Below are positions 39,453-52,800 of a stretch of DNA of 64,000 nt, piece after piece (position 1 is the stretch's first letter; the number at the start of each line of letters is the position of its first letter). Where the stretch lies: assembly GCA_024679065.1 (NCBI GenBank), contig JAGIQG010000016.1:9300001-9364000 (forward strand), written 5' to 3'. Both the position numbers and the translations under genes were made by a program. The notes below the pieces were generated by a model that was given only the letters and a program-made list of their open reading frames with translations, did no database searches and was not told the origin of the DNA. The stretch comes from Sphyrna mokarran (Eukaryota).

Positions 39453-41229
39453 AACATAGAACATAGAAGATTACAGCGCAGAATAGGCCCTTCGGCCCTA
39501 GATGTTGTGCCGACCAATTAAGAAACAGCAATGATCCCCTAACCTAAACCATAACCCTTTTCATCCATAAACCTATCCACTGACCTCTTAAACGCCCCCC
39601 AAACTTGGCGCATCTACAACTGCAGCAGGCAGGGCATTCCATACCCTCACCACCCTCTGGGTAAAGAAGCTATCTCTGACACCTGTCCTATGACTACCAC
39701 ACCTTAATTTAAAGCTATGTCCCCTCGTGCTAGCTTTCTCCATCCTAGGAAAAAGGCTATCACTGTCCAACCTATCTAAACCGCTGATCATCTTATATGT
39801 TTCAATAAGGTCTCCTCTTAGCCGCCTTATTTCTAACGAAAACAACCTCAAATCCCTCAGCCTCCCCTCATAAGACCTTCCCTCCATACCAGGCAACATC
39901 CTGGTAAACCTGCTCTGCACCCTTTCCAATACCTCCACATCTTTGTTATAATGTGGGCACCAGAACTGTACACAGTACTCCAAGTGCGGCTGCATCAGAG
40001 TTTTGTACAATTGCAACATGACGTTGCAGCTCCAAAATTCAATCCGCCTATCAATAAAAGCCAAGACTCCGTGTGCTTTCTTAACAACCTTAAAGGCTTG
40101 ATTGCCAACTTTCAGGGATCTGTGCACAAATACACCTAGATCCCTTTGTTCATCAACACTATTAAGAGTTCTACCATTAGCCCTATACTCTACACATTTG
40201 TTATTCCTGCCAAAGTGAATTACCTCACACTTTTCCGCATTAAACTCCATTTGCCACCTCTCGGCCCAGCTCTGCAGCTTGTCCAAGTCTCTCTGCAAAC
40301 TATAACACCCCTCTTCACTATCTACCACTCCTCCAATTTCGGTGTGATCCGCAAATTTAGTAATCCATCCTTCTATACCCTCATCCAGATCATTCATAAA
40401 AATTACAAACAACAGTGACCCGAAAACAGATCCCTAATGTACACCACTTATTACCGAACTCCAAGACGAATAATTTCCATCAACCACCACCCTCTGTCTT
40501 CTATCAGCTAGCCAATTCCTAATCCAATTAGCTAAATCAACCTCAATCCCATACATCTGCATTTTCTGCAGAAGCCTTCCATGGGGAACCTTATCGTACA
40601 CTGTACTAACGTCCATATATACCACGTCAACTGCCTTACCCTTATCCACCTCTTTAGTCACTTTTTTCGAAAAAACTCAATAAGTTTAGTAAGGCATGAC
40701 CTACCCTTCACAAAACCATGCTGACTACCCCCAATCAATTCATTTCTCTCTAAATAACTATAAATCCTATCCCTAATAATTCTTTCCAACACTTTGCCCA
40801 CAACAGAAGTAAGACTCACCGGTCTATACTTCCCAGGAAAGTCTCTATTCCCCTTCTTGAACAATGGGGCAACATTCACTATCCTCCAGTCATCCGACAC
40901 TATACCTATAACCAACGACGACCTGAAGATCAGAGCCAAAGGCTCTGCAATCGCCTCTCTTGCCTCCCAGAGAATCCTAGGATAAATCCCGTCCGGCCCA
41001 GAGGACTTATCTATTTTCAAACCCTCAAGAATATCTAACTCCTCCTCTTTATCTACTTCAATACTTTCCAGTTTACAACGCTGTATCGCAGTGTTCTCCA
41101 CAACTACATTTACGTCTCCCTGCGTGAATACCGAGGAGAAATATGTGTTCAGTGCCTCTCCAATCTCTTCAGGCTCCACGCATAACTTCCCACTGCTATC
41201 TCTGACTGGCCCTAATCTTGCCCTAACCG
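39453..41229 (-). mobile_element. Young 5'-truncated CR1 LINE, copy D (~1.8 kb), ORF2 broken into three ORFs
   Basis: ORFs 40658-41254 (GPDGIYPRIL, YRPVSLTS, QHGFVKGRSCLT), 40434-40661 (YDKVPH) and 39588-40412 (FADH instead of FADD); frameshift at the T/A tract near 40661; (TTCTATG)n tail. Confidence 0.96.
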
Positions 41230-43649
41230 ATCTTGTCTGAGTCAGCTGCTGCAATTATAGCTTGTAACTTGGTGGAACTGTTTTATTGGTGCAAATTGGG
41301 CTTAACTGAAAATGATGAGTTTCAATCCCTGCCATTCTTGATCGTATTTGTGCTGAAATGATCAACTTTTTTAGAACCATTTTCTTTCATTGGTGGGCTG
41401 TATATTTCTTTCCATTACCTTTTCACTTAGGACAGACTACGTGCAACAGAACTTTTCCCTTTCGGTCGCCTTCTTCCAAGAAACTAGAATAAAACTATTA
41501 TTTCGTCTTTATATCTTTAACTCTGTATGCCACTTGACGCAAGAAAACGCATGTGCTTTCCAGACTTCAAGTCTTAAAACTGAACTCAAATGCAAGTCGT
41601 TCTTACGGGAAAGCAAAATACACCTTATCTTTTCAGAAGAGTGTACAATTATATAATAATTATCAATAACGTTAAAGAGAAACATATACTGTATGCCCAA
41701 GGGGGAAAAATGCGAACTTCAATGACTTAGATATATGTGTCTTCTAAATGCATTTCAGTTCAATAAAAGAACGTTTTAGAGCAGTGAAGACCGCTTTACA
41801 ATTGCGTTACTTTAACTTCACACACATTTAGCACTTCAAAGACGTAACAAGAAATAATAACAAGTTATAGACAAGTCAAGCCTTCACTTCATTTCCGAGC
41901 AATGCATGGAGTAATTAGAAGTCAAATGCGTTTAGCGAAATAAATTTTAACATAAAGAAAACAGAATAGCAGAAGGTGAACATCAAACATTACTAAATAT
42001 CAACACGTGATTTATTCATACCTTTGGTCCTTGTTTAATTCAAGAAACACTAGTTCTTTAAGTTCGCAACCATTTTTAAGGTAAATGCGACATGAATTGC
42101 ACATTGAAGCTAATATTTGGAACTTGACTGTGGCAAATACCCCGTCGATTCAACGAACTGAGAATTTCATGTTGGTACATGATCATTTTATTTCACTTTT
42201 TTTTGTTGATTTATTTTCTTGGTGGGATGCATCTTACATTCAACCAAAATGTATTCACGTTCACGCTTGGATTGATTGTTGATCTGTATGCATTAATATT
42301 CGTTATCCACATTCTAATTTGAGCAAATCGATTCCACTTCCTTTTGAACAGTGTCAGTTATAGTCCACGTCTCGAGTTTCCTACTTCTTTTATAAATCAG
42401 TTGCATAATTGTTTTCAACTCAATTGCAGAATCAACGGCAAGGAGAATATGTCTCCTCTACAAGTTATTCGAGCTCTGATGCACTCCATCCGCTTGCTAA
42501 CAATCGGACTCCTCGATTGTCACTAGGAATTTTCACGACATCAACATTTCTTCTTTAATGTGTGTTTGATTTTTTTTGAATCGGATGGAAATTGCAATTT
42601 TATTTATTTCTCTTAAAGCTTCTTCATGTTTGTTGAGAAACACTTCAATTGACGCCCTATTGTGTATTACTGAGCTGCATCCATCATTCAGGTTAAATGG
42701 TCGTGTTTTTTTTTTAACTTTTGTGATAAGTGAAGAGTTGAACTGCAATTTCCTTAGTCGAATGGGCAGAACAAATGCTGACCCCGAACCTTTAGGTTTA
42801 CGTTAATAGAAATGTTACCGCTGCTGGCTGCTAACGAACCTACCACTAATATGACACCAATTCGCTCGGGGACATCTGTTCACACGTGCTGCACAACACA
42901 TAACCGAGAAAAGCTGTTCTTCTGAAAAAGTTATTTAATAGTGAATAAAACATTCATTTCGTATTTTTATTTGCATTTTCGTCATTTTTTTTTTTATGTG
43001 GAACCAGTTTGGCCCAGATTGTTCGTCTGTGCACTCACCAGCTTTCAGCTCATTCATTTCTAGAGAACAATAAAGAAGTGATGAAACATTTTGTAGAAAC
43101 TATAATTGTTATACTGGGAATCATCTGCAGTATGACAGCAGACACACATAAAGATTCAGATTTAGCAAACAACAACCTTAAACAATCTCATGGAAAGTTT
43201 CCAGCCACTTTATGTGTAGCCACAAGATAGGGTCCCAAAATAGCAACGGGCTGCCGAGTAGATGCCCGGCAGGATATTGATTAGCAATATTGCCTAATGC
43301 AGCGATGGGCTGGGGTTTGGGTCAGCCTCGTCCGGCAATGTAAAATCGGACATGAAGCGTCCAGTGGCAATGGCGATCTTTGCACGCTTGTTCCCACCTC
43401 ATCACGCAAAAAAAAAAAATAGGCCAGAACCCACCCTAAGGGCCCGACTTTGCCATGTTGATTCGAAGCAATACACAGTGTTTCAGATCTGACTTGGAAA
43501 ACCATTCTCAGAAAGCCCGATAGGAACCATGGGCTGAAAAAAAAAATCACGGATTTGTGTTGCGCTGTGGGTGCGCACATGGTGCCCGAAGAAATTCAGC
43601 TCCGATGGAAGTTTTGAACTGCCTATGCGCGGTCAGAAATTAACTGATT

Positions 43650-44170
43650 CCTTCCAAACTGTAGTACTTCTATGATTCTAACGTTCTGCTCTGCTTCCAC
43701 CTCCACCAACCGGTCCACAGAGTGGCAGAAGTCCGTTTGCTGCTACGCCTCCCCCACATCTCTTCCGCCAGATATCCATCTGGCCTCCCTCCTTCTCCCC
43801 CCGACAAGATAGAAAACGGTCCTCCCCTCCCTCTTAGCCGAATAGGGATACACCTGGCTTGCCTCTCACGCCTCCTCGCGAACGACCAGGCCCTCCCACC
43901 CTCTAGCAGAGAATCAGATGACTCTCTCCTTCCGTGATCCCTGTTTTGAACCATCTGGCCTCCCTCCTCCCCTGCTCCTTACTTTGAACCACTTCGTCTC
44001 TCTCGTCCATCCCCCTGCCCACTTCCCATGCACCATCCCTTCCAGAAAACGATCTGGCGTCATTTCTCCACTATTCCTGCCTCACCAGAGTGATCTCGGC
44101 CGCCTCCTTCCATCACCCCAACAACGATCTGAGTTCGAAAGCCGTTAGAAGCTTTGAATTCACCTCTTCA
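43650..44170 (+). mobile_element. Decayed Penelope-like element fragment
   Basis: C-rich; CCATCTGGCCTCCCTCC occurs twice, also GTGATCTCGGCCGCCTC and LLLTLNHF; reminiscent of shark Penelope-like sequence (recall only). Confidence 0.4.
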
Positions 44171-44344
44171 GAACCTGGAGCGCCTGACACTTGGCCGAGC
44201 ATATCTATTTCATGCCAAATCTGGGCGCGCAGAAACAATGGGAAAGGGAAAAATGTTGGTAATGTTATGAGGACATTAATTCAATTTTAATGCATACGAA
44301 TGCATTTAAATCGCCATTGCACCGTTTCGGGGAATGCTCGGATT

Positions 44345-44455
44345 GCGGCCATTTTCGAGCCTTGGTAAAGTAGGCATCAACGCAGACGTGGGTATGTATC
44401 GCGATACTCGCCTCACGTCCCATTTTACCAAGTTGTCACCCCCGAAAATGGGCGC
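44345..44455. repeat. Imperfect hairpin, probably a palindromic DNA-transposon (MITE) remnant
   Basis: CCATTTTCG (44349-57) pairs with CGAAAATGG (44443-51), and CTTGGTAAA (44361-69) pairs with TTTACCAAG (44424-32). Confidence 0.6.
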
Positions 44456-45399
44456 GACACAATGCTGAACTCAGGTCCTATGCATGCAAGATGTCAATTT
44501 GTATGTCTCTGCTTCCATCGGAATATAGTTACATTTTTTCCCAAAGAATCAACGCAGCTTGCATTCCTTTACCAGCTTAGTCAGCTAAACAGGATCGATG
44601 GAGAACACGCCTCCTGTATGTAACACCGAGACTGGCTCTGCATTATTGTGAACCAGTGAGGCGTTCAGTCTCTGCTTTCAAACTGTTCCGTGCTGTTCAG
44701 AAGTGGCTATTTCATGCCGGCTCTGTCGCCTTTTGGTTCATGAGGAGGGGGAGGGCGAAATGGGGTGTGATGTGTTAGCGAGCGTGTGGGTGGAAGTTTG
44801 AAGGGCTTCACACTGTTTCCAACATCGGATTTTCAGAACGAATCGAGATCGCTTATGGTCCGAATGCACGCACCTAGAATCATAGTTGCCTGTGGGGCTT
44901 GTTGGAAAATGTGAAAACTCATAGTGATGTAATCTCAGTATTTTAAAGAGGACTCCGTCTGTAGACCCCAGTGCACGGTTTTTTGCTTTCTGCCTCTGTG
45001 TAGTGCGGGGCCCTGTTATACTTCTTTAAATGTTGTGCTGCTGGGGACTGTGCGGAGGCGCTGGAGAAATTGCGATATTGTCGTACTGTAGGGAGTGAGC
45101 ATAGTGTTTTGGCTACTGTGGTCTGTCTGGGGGTGAACATATTCTTTAACCCGTACATTTGTCTCTCTCGATAGATATTTCATTTCATCATGATTGATGA
45201 GATGATCTCTGCGATGAAAACCATGCTATTTTTTAGCTTCCAGAGCCCTGGAGGAAGTGCAGAGGAGGCTCAGACCTTACCATTCAGAGTCGGCCTTTGG
45301 AAGCAGGGCGTGGCTGCAATTCGCCCCATTGCATCAAATACGGCAGGAGAGACCCCCGCAGTTCCACAAACTGATACTCTTCAAACAGCCGTTGGACAT

Positions 45400-46430
45400 T
45401 GCATGCCACTGATCGTAATAAGTCTGAAAAGAGAGAGTGCAACACGTGGCGTTCGCTAAAGCAGCTATCACCTCGCGGCATGTTGCAGCACCTACTCATA
45501 GTGCGTGTGAACCTGACGGCTGTCTTATTATTTTTTTCCTGACTTTGTCATCCCAGTGGTTCAGTGGAGATCATCTTTCGGCATCTTAGAAGCATTCGTC
45601 TACAATTGTGCAAGGAGGTTCTGAAAGTTTTTTTTTTATTCCGGGGCTGCCCAGGGTACATATTTTCATGTTGAATGGCTCCAGTTGGAATTCGAGCTTC
45701 TGGATTCACAACCATCACAGTATTTCAAATTTGCAGAGAAATATCGACTGCTTGTACATCAAGCTCAAGGTCACGGTCAAAAATGCATCGAGAATTGCGA
45801 ATAGAATGAATATCCGTTCAATAAATGTACAATTGCTCTGTGGTCATGTTTGTTAGCACCAAAATAACTGGCAATGCGCATCAAAGCTTCATATTGCACA
45901 GCTCCGATATCCCAGACGTCCTGGAGGGGGGGGGGGGGAGTTGCTTTTATGAATTGAGGGCTTGTGAAGAGGTTTCTTGATGAGGAGTCCAAGGTGAATT
46001 GACATTATTTTGGGCCATCTGATGTACCCGCTTCTGAGTTGGTTGACGAGCTTGTGCGGGCGGATGAATTTGAAGCAAAAACTAATGAAGAAATCATTGC
46101 CACCCGCTCAATAGTAGAATTGTGCAGAGCGCTTCTCAGGATGGGGTTCAGTTGTATGGACGGCTCTCGAAGTGCCCTCGCATTTCTCTCCCTGATAGAG
46201 ATATGCTACACCGTACACGACGTGGCACAGAAGCCAGGGGGTGTTTGGGGGGAGGAGGAAGACTTGTTGGACGACCGGCCGAGCGTCGTTGGAGAGGAGA
46301 CAGTCAGCGGAAGAAATGAAAAGGAAGAGGACGACAACGAAGAAGAACACCACCCAGAAGCCTCAGAGCGAGTGACAGCAAGGGTCAGGCATACCAGTAC
46401 AGAAAGGGAGACCCCGAACAACATGTAGTT
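45400..46430 (+). pseudogene. PIF/Harbinger (HARBI1-like) DDE transposase remnant
   Basis: Colinear decayed motifs: VNLTAVLLFFS (VKVTAALNFFA), LQRNIDCLYI (GAIDCTHI), NRMNIRSINVQLLC (NRKGFHSINVQLVC), GNAHQSFILHSS (GS.HD.FIL), ATRSIVELCRALLRMGFSCMD (TR..IE...GLLKMRFRCLD), ICYTVHDVA (CC.LHN), acidic tail. Confidence 0.8.
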
Positions 46431-46989
46431 TAGCCAAAAAGAACCTGTGTTGTCACAAATTGGTTCCGCAAACCAAAGAAAACGCAACACTGTCCACCCC
46501 TCCCCCGGCCCTACAATCTCCTGCAACGTTGTTATACAAGAAACATTGCCCCTAGGTACGCTGTCTGAGCATATTGCTATCACAGACAGGATGCAATGAC
46601 AACTTTGTCTGCAGAATGTTCATCATGCCGTGCCGCAAACGAGACTAGCGATGTTAACTGTACGCACAGATACACACACACGACTTGATATTTGTAAGGA
46701 TTCAGTAAAACGGCATGAAGTGCCGTTGGTCGTGTGGGATGGAGAAATGAAGATAATCCCGCACGAGTTCTAGAAATGCCGAGGTAGATGGTTAAATAAA
46801 TCTAATGCCAATGCATTGCTGTAGGCAATGATTTATTAAGCGCCTACAATTTCTGAATGAAGCACCGTTTGTGAACTTCCTACACTGCCATAAATTTGCA
46901 GCTTCTCTGGAGTAAGGATGTTCATTTTAGAAGAAAATGTGAAGCAACTTATCACCTATCTAATGCTGACCTCCATTCGTACAATTTTA

Positions 46990-47285
46990 TTGTTGCTACA
47001 ACTTCCTAACTTTTCTTGTCCTACAAATAAGTATCCGTATCCATCCAGAATGAACATCAGAGTTGAAGGTGGCCAAGGTACCTACTGTGTCCCATATACC
47101 GTTATGCCCTTGGCAATCGTCGTCTGGAGTGTCAAGGCCTTGACGGCTCTGGCAAGGATTCAGGTGCCTGGTTACTTTCCACGAAAGTTCTTTTTCTCTC
47201 TCTGCGTCAAGATGCCCAGTTGTCTGGAAGAGGGATTCAGAAAGTTTTACTGCAGCCGTTGTGCTGCAGCCGTTTCTCTTACATA
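46990..47285 (-). pseudogene. Possible Harbinger Myb/SANT partner ORF remnant
   Basis: EKRLQHNGCSKT...RQLGILTQREK loosely fits EK.AHN....TGGG.P....LT..E; lies convergent to the transposase. Confidence 0.25.
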
Positions 47286-48684
47286 AACGTGTTCTGTGCA
47301 ACGAATAAGTCTAGGCATCCAGCTTCAGGACAAAATAAGTTGAAACGGTACATGAAAAAGCTAATGGTAAATGGCGAAAACAATATTTTTAAAGGACGAA
47401 GTTGATGAACGCCTGGAGGCGACTTTGGAATTAAATGAAATGAAAGTCAATTAAAGAGGCGAAAGATTTGGGAAGTAGTCCTTCGAGGCATGTGCTGCAG
47501 CAGTACGTCAAAATTTCAGTAACGAGTGATTCACATCACTGATGGACCACATGTAGATTTGGAGAAGCATGGATAATTTCGGGACGATAGTAATGGTGTG
47601 TATCAATTGTTCAAAAGACAAAAAAAAAACTGCTGTTCTTTCCTTGATGCAGGTCATTCGTTAGGTGGTAACTTGTTGTTTGAAATACAACTGAATGACT
47701 AATGTAAGCATTTCTGTCGAATATAATTAATAATGTGAAGATCAACCTGTCACTAGATCATTAAAAAAAAAGTACTTCTGCCAGCATTTCTTCTTTCCAA
47801 TGTTATTTCCCAGATTACGTGTAATTACCAAACGATTAGTTGGGAAAGAATTCATTCCAAGTCTAACCTTTATTTCATCAGCATATTAAGCTCCTCCATC
47901 ATTAAAAATAGGGATTTCTGTGGACAGCAGCTGTTGTGAGGCTTTTTACTGGAGTTTGTCTGCCAGAGGGTTGTTGCATTATTCAAATCATTTATGCATT
48001 CCAAAACTGAGTGTACATCAACAGGATTTGCCTCAAAATCATGGAGCAAGTGTCCAATGTACATATGTACAGAATAAGTCTACACTTTTTCAAGAATTGC
48101 GCTTGGAATTAGAAATACATTACATTGATGGGTTCTGCTAGGATTTTAAAATTTATTGTTAAATACTAACTTGAAGAACAAAATCAAACACTATCAACAG
48201 TGCTACTCCTCGATTCAAGATCTTAAGCGCAGGGTATCTGATTTCGATTTGAATTTATCTCGAATGTCAAACTGTCCATATTGCAAATATGTGATTTGAC
48301 TAGCAAATATAATCATTGTCTTCTAACATTACCAATATCTTTCTTCGTAATTTCTGTTGAGAAGAAATGCACATTACAAACATATTAAGAGAAACAATTC
48401 GCTACATACCTGAACACATTTCGTGCACTTTATATCCAGCTGCTCAAAATCGCAGACGTATATCTACCTATGAGCCACTGATTCAACCTGCATCTGCCCA
48501 ATGATACATTCAGCGTTCGTACGCTGATTTTAAATATTTTAATGTTTTAATTTGAGATCCAAAAGCTAGGATTAATTAGGCTTTGGAATCAGGTACGTTA
48601 TCTTCCTCACAATGCGAAATATTACCGATATGCATGGGCTACTGTGAGCTTGTTAGTTTCGCCAATGTAAGTCGGTATTAGTGG

Positions 48685-49000
48685 GTGGAATGATGAGAGA
48701 GTTTAGCACGGCGGCCTCAGAGATACAAGAAAGTGGGTTAGATTTCCGGCTTGAATCATTGTCTGTGTGTAGCTTGCAAGTTCTCACTGTGTCTGCGAGG
48801 ATTTTCTCTAGATGTTCCGCTTTCGTTTGTCCAAAAATGTGTCAGTTCGGTGCATTGACAATGCTAAGTTGCCTCTTAGTGTTCCAGGATATTAAGTTTC
48901 AGCAATTAGCGGGGTGAATTTCTGTGGTAGCAAGGATTTGTAGTGGATGTGGCCTTGATGGGCCAAGTGGTTTCCGTCCAACTGTTTTATTTTCTATGAT
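48685..49000 (+). mobile_element. HE1-like SINE
   Basis: TTAGCACGGCGGCCTCAGAG...TGTCTGTGTGTAGCTTGCAAGTTCTCACTGTGTCTGCG...TTGATGGGCCAAGTGG...TTCTATGATTC. Confidence 0.72.
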
Positions 49001-49059
49001 TCGAAGTCACATAGCAGCGATGGAAGCTTGTGGGGGAGAAGGATGTTCAGGCTGAACAA

Positions 49060-49260
49060 GTGCATTGCTGGCCAGGAGGCCACCTAGCAGAAGGAGCAGG
49101 AGCGAAAGCAGGAAGAGGAAGAGTTAGAGGAAGAGGAAGATGAGGAGGACGAGCAATACCAGACGCTGGACAATACCAATCAGGTGCTGAAGTTCTGGCG
49201 ACAGAAAGAATCAAACATACAATGGTGTTGAGGGAAGTCCTGATTAGCATATGCTATGGT
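49060..49260 (+). other. Purine-rich acidic low-complexity segment, possibly a Harbinger transposase C-terminus
   Basis: EQERKQEEEELEEEEDEEDEQ followed in another frame by LREVLISICY (compare RE.LI..RF); no start codon, upstream stop. Confidence 0.3.
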
Positions 49261-50119
49261 CAATGGGGACGTTTGGTGTCCCATGCATGTTTCATTTGTA
49301 GATAGAGAAAGGAATGCTGCAATAAGACGTTGGGAGCAAAACTGACAAGAAAAGCTTTAAAATAGAGATTCTGTTTCGCTGTAAACTGATATATTTGTTC
49401 AAAATATAATTTACACTCGAACATTGTCGATTCCGTCTGTGAGCTGTGATCTGAATTTTCCACTGCTGATCGGGTAAAGGAAGTTGTTTAAGTTGAACTC
49501 AGACCTGCGTCTTTGAATTATAACATTTCTTTGTAGAACATGTTGAGGAAAATCAAAAAAAAAATGATTCCGTTTCGTGTAGTTTCAGAGACATTCGAGC
49601 CATGATATCGATTTCTGGTTGCACAGTTGTCTGGAAGCAAATAATCTTGTGGAAGAAGTGGAACATTTTTTTGGATAAAAGACATGTGTAACCTTTGTTA
49701 GCCAGTGGCAAGTTGACCAAGATTTACAATCGCAAGACGTACCTAGACGGAATTCCCCTCAGGGATAAACATCGATTCTACATCCAAGATATTTATTCCC
49801 CACGCTTATTCACCACCCCCCCCGCCCCCATTCCATCTCCCCCCCCCCCACACACACAGTATTTTTTCAGTTAATTAATTAAACTTGATGTCCTGTTAAG
49901 TACATGTGCTTTCAAAAATTAGGATGGAATAAAGAGTCGGGCTGAGGTTTTACCATTGGCTTGCATCCATTTTCATCATGCTATACCGTTGTAAACAAGC
50001 GTCTAACTGATTTGCGTAACAGGTGCAATTAAAATGATTTGTGGCGCAGTCAGCCGCACATCGCAAATCAGCAAGGGGCAAGATAATTTATTGTCATTAG
50101 TGAAAAAAGGCATTCAATC

Positions 50120-51921
50120 GGTTATGACCTTTACGATCTCTGTGGGAAAGATTTTCTCCGGCGAGGAATCGACTTTGAACGTATGAACGGGGAACAGGCA
50201 ACATGACTCTCCAGTAGAACAAGAGCTATTGAGGCCCTCAGGAGTGCGAAGGCAAGGGGTGCCCCTTAGCAGTCCCAGACTATCAATGCCACCCTGGCAC
50301 GAGATCAACAATGTTTCTACAAGGGCAATGGCAAACAGACAATGCGATGGGGCGGTCAGTTAGGGAACGGGGCCTCTGGGGTTATGGGAGAGGCCAGTAG
50401 GGGCTGCAGCGAAGAACCTATGTAAGAACTGGGCGAATGGGTGAGAAGGTTCGCTGCAACTCTACTGTGATCGATGGAGATGGAGGATCGGAGTTCCGCA
50501 GAAATCTTCAATACCTCTTTACAACCATCTGTGGTCGCTCTCTGCTTCAAGAAGACGAATATCTTTCAGTACCTAAGAAAAGCCAAGGAGCGTGACTTAA
50601 AGAACATTGTCCGGTCTTTCTGATATCCATCATTATGAAGTGTTTCAAAAGGCTAATCAGGGTGCGAATCAAGTCCAGCCACCCAAATTACCTGGATCAA
50701 CGATAGTTTCCCTGCCTCTGCAACAGATTCACAGAAGGCACAATCTCCCTGTCCCAGCACTCAATCCTGGAACACCTAGATAACAAAGATAACTATGTCA
50801 GACCTTCATTTATTGATTACAGCTCAGTCTTCAACATTATCACTCCTACAAAACTCAACTACAAACTCAACTATGGCCTGACCCTCGGCTCCTTTCTTTG
50901 CGACTGGATTCGGAACATCATAATCCACAGACTGCAGTCAGTAACGATGGGCAACAAGACCTCTTCTGCGATCGTCGTCAACCCCGGATATGTTCTCAGT
51001 CCCCTGAGATACTTCTTAAACGCCTGTGACTGTGTGGCCAAGATTTTTAAGTTTGATGACAACGCCAACGTCGTGGGTAGAATCTCATAGAATAAAATAA
51101 AACGAAAGGGGTTCAGGAATGAAATACAGAAGGGGTGAGGCGACACTATTGATCCCGAAATGTCAACAAAACAAAGAAGATTGGCATTGACTTCAGATAG
51201 AATAAGGAGAGCATGTGTTGTTTCCGTCAACGGGAACGAAGTTGAAAGGTCGAAAGCTTAACTTTTTTTCAGGTGGCCAGATCACCAACAAACTGACTTG
51301 CCCCCCCACCTCCCCGCACCCCGCCACCACCACCGTCACTGCCAGAAGTGTTCTATCCTGCCGCCATAATTAAGAAAGCCCACCAATGCCTCTCTCAGAA
51401 AACAGCGAAAATTTGGCAAATCAACTACGACGCTCACCGACTTGTACAGACGCAAAATAGTAAGCTTTTTTTTTGGTTGTATCACAGGATTCTGCTCTTC
51501 CCAAGGCAGAAAAAAAAAACAACAAAAAAGATGCGAATTACGTCCAATACACCACTCATTCATTCTCCCATCCATTGACTCGGACAACACCTCCGGTTGT
51601 CACGGCAAAGCAGCCAGCACAATTTAGCATCCGCACGCCCCAAGCATTATCTCTTCCCAGTTCTTCCTCGAGAAAAGTTACACAAGTGTAAGGTCACGTA
51701 CCACTGATTCAAGGACAGTTTTTTTTTTCTGCTAATATCAGACGCTTGAATACTCTTACTTACATTAAATTGATATTTTTCTAAACCTGAGCTTTGACTG
51801 TAAAATACGTTCTGCACTTTCTCGTTTCTTTCTTTGTGAATAATATGCTCTCTCGGTGTAGTGCGCAAGAAATAATACATTTTATTGCATGCTAATATAT
51901 GTGACAATAATAAATCAAATC
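50120..51921 (+). mobile_element. Rex1/Babar LINE, decayed, with 3'UTR
   Basis: CFKKTNI, LEHLDNKDNYVR..FIDYSSVFN, CDWI, FDD, KKAHQCL; tail GTGACAATAATAAATCAAATC. Confidence 0.82.
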
Positions 51922-52449
51922 AGTCAAGTGTCGTCATTAATCTCAAGGCTTCATTTTCCAAGCGAATCGCTCATAATGCAAAATGGTGTTAAAGACCTTG
52001 CTTTGATGAGCGACGCAATCTCAGGAATATAAGTACAAGTATAACTAGAAGAGTAACAACTCTCTATACCAGTCAATACTGTAGACTTTTATATGTTACA
52101 GATATTTGTAACCCGACATAAATTTGGCTGTACAATAATTATCTCCCCAGAAATATCCCATGGTTTCATGCCATTGCACATCTTTTTACCCCATGTAGAG
52201 TTAATCAACATCTTCTTTGCAGAAGATTGAAGACTAAAACACTGCCTCCCCAATTTGTTAATGTAAATACGACTAATTCTACTCAAATTATTATTTTCGC
52301 TATCCACCACATTATCTCTTTTTAACTGACATTGTTGATAGTGTTGCAACATGTGCCCTCGAGCATAAAAAATCGAGTCGTGCTGCAAAGACACTGAAAC
52401 AAAAGATTAGTGGTACTGAACGGATCAATATACAAAATATCGACTTTAA

Positions 52450-52800
52450 CCAATTTCTGAGTGCATTGTGGTTTAGCCATTTAAGTTATCAGCAGAAGTT
52501 GGCACCTCATCTAATCTATAGACATATAGCTTTCCTCCGCAATGTATCCCATTGGACAATTGAGGAACCTGATTTATTTTCTCTTCCTCTGATCTTCTTC
52601 TTAATGGATGCAAGTAAGCAGGACGTACAAAACATGCAGAACTGGGTAAAAGCTGGAAGAATAATATAAGTTTAAAAATATAGAATTTCCTATTAACTTG
52701 CGCATCAACAATTCTCTGAGATGAATTGAATAACATGAAGCCCCCAGCATATAGTTGTTGGAAGTTTCGATTGAATCAAATTTTTATCAAATTTTGAGGA
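52450..52800 (+). mobile_element. Highly decayed CR1 3' fragment
   Basis: TGAGTGCATTGTGGTTTAGCCATT...TTGAGGAACCTGATTTATTTTCTCT in CR1 order. Confidence 0.35.
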
